NCBI GenBank assembly: GCA_017646005.1
Contig: JAGCNJ010000075.1
Location: 1 to 54,382, forward strand
Length of the DNA: 54,382 bases
Source of the DNA: Clostridia bacterium
Lineage (GTDB): Bacteria; Bacillota; Clostridia; Oscillospirales; CAG-272
Reading direction: 5' to 3'
Below are positions 53,727 to 54,382 of this stretch, one piece after another. Each line of letters opens with the position of its first letter. Positions within the stretch are counted from its first letter, which is position 1. The notes below the pieces were generated by a model. The model was not told where the DNA came from. It searched no databases and worked only from the letters and a program-made list of their open reading frames with translations. Both the position numbers and the translations under genes were made by a program.

Positions 53727-54382
53727 ATGAGAGTTATCGTCACAGGCGGCGGCACAAGCGGTCACGTTAACCCTGCGCTTGCCATTGCAAACACGATCAA
53801 AAAAAATATTCCCGATTCCGAGATAATATTCGTGGGCACAAACCGCGGTATCGAAAATAAGCTTGTACCGAAGGCAGGATATAAATTATATCACGTTGAG
53901 GTCCGCGGTATCAGACGCTCACTTTCACTTTCGAATATAAAAAGTCTTTATCTTGCCGTAACCTCACCGATCAAAGCGAAAAAGCTTATCCGCAAATTCA
54001 AGCCGGACATCGTTATAGGTACGGGCGGATACGTTTGCTGGCCCGTTATGAAGGCGGCAGCAGAGCTTGGAATCCCCACTGCTCTTCACGAATCAAATTC
54101 GATTCCCGGAGTGGCGATAAAAATGCTTGCAAAGCATGTAGACAGGATCTTTGTAAACTTTGAAGCAACCAAGGGAAAATTCCCCGAACAGTACAAGGAC
54201 AAAATTATACGCGTAGGCAATCCGTTAAGACCTGAATTTCTCACCTTGGATTCAAAAATCACACGCGATAATCTCGGCATAAGCGGAAAATATGAAAAAT
54301 TCGTTCTTTCCTGCGGCGGAAGCATGGGTGCCGAAAGGATAAACGAGGCTGTGCTCGCTCTTATGCGTGATTACACCTCAAA
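53727..54382 (+). CDS. murG: UDP-N-acetylglucosamine--N-acetylmuramyl-(pentapeptide) pyrophosphoryl-undecaprenol N-acetylglucosamine transferase, N-terminal 218 aa (runs off the window)
   Basis: Not in the ORF track because it is open at the edge. ATG 53727 gives MRVIVTGGGTSGHVNPALAIA... GTGGYVCWPV... The frame is open to the end. Confidence 0.9.
   Translation, partial: MRVIVTGGGTSGHVNPALAIANTIKKNIPDSEIIFVGTNRGIENKLVPKAGYKLYHVEVRGIRRSLSLSNIKSLYLAVTSPIKAKKLIRKFKPDIVIGTGGYVCWPVMKAAAELGIPTALHESNSIPGVAIKMLAKHVDRIFVNFEATKGKFPEQYKDKIIRVGNPLRPEFLTLDSKITRDNLGISGKYEKFVLSCGGSMGAERINEAVLALMRDYTS

Noticed and set aside
1-54382. Whole-window scan for CRISPR arrays, IS elements or transposases, integrases, prophage genes, toxin-antitoxin pairs and recognisable defence genes.
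   Set aside because: None was recognised. There are no spaced repeat arrays, no terminal inverted repeats flanking ORFs, and no recombinase, nuclease or helicase motif sets outside radA and uvrC. By eye, composition looks uniform across the window, including the seven-gene operon.

Overview
This 54.4-kb window looks like chromosomal DNA from a spore-forming Firmicute, probably Clostridia. That call is an inference from the SpoVD/SpoVE/CwlD-type genes, strong Shine-Dalgarno sites and frequent GTG/TTG starts. No rRNA, tRNA, CRISPR array, transposase or integrase was seen.

Gene order, left to right:
- A c-di-GMP gene pair: an EAL phosphodiesterase followed by a membrane GGDEF sensor cut by the window edge.
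- pheS-pheT.
- An etfB / etfA (ferredoxin-fused) / FAD-oxidase trio that resembles the LctBCD lactate dehydrogenase complex.
- A MATE exporter and several small genes (MmcQ/YjbR-like, a P-loop kinase fusion, bcp).
- A 12.2-kb seven-gene minus-strand operon (14941-27112).
- nifU-nifS-rnhA-ychF.
- An OmpR-type response regulator and a histidine kinase, separated by their own terminator and promoter.
- radA, cwlD, rimM-trmD.
- A Wzy/O-antigen-ligase-like membrane protein plus two small single-TM paralogs.
- ptsH, uvrC, rsmD, coaD.
- The 5' half of a dcw cluster: mraZ-rsmH-ftsL-PBP(spoVD-like)-murE-murF-mraY-ftsW/spoVE-murG. murD is not in its usual slot.

The best candidate for an undescribed system is the seven-gene operon. 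It encodes a ~1010-aa solute-binding protein with an N-terminal tandem beta-sandwich region, two complete MalF/MalG-type permease pairs, an NHL-propeller/TPR/Yip1 membrane fusion and a 1004-aa secreted uncharacterised protein. It has no ATPase and no regulator.

Smaller non-coding signals:
- A 26-bp perfect palindrome that contains back-to-back extended -10 boxes.
- Four phased 10-bp MraZ-type boxes at the dcw promoter.
- Interleaved inverted repeats in front of murE.
- An SD-led 9-codon uORF before the PBP gene.

All domain calls come from reading motifs in the translations. No database search was run.
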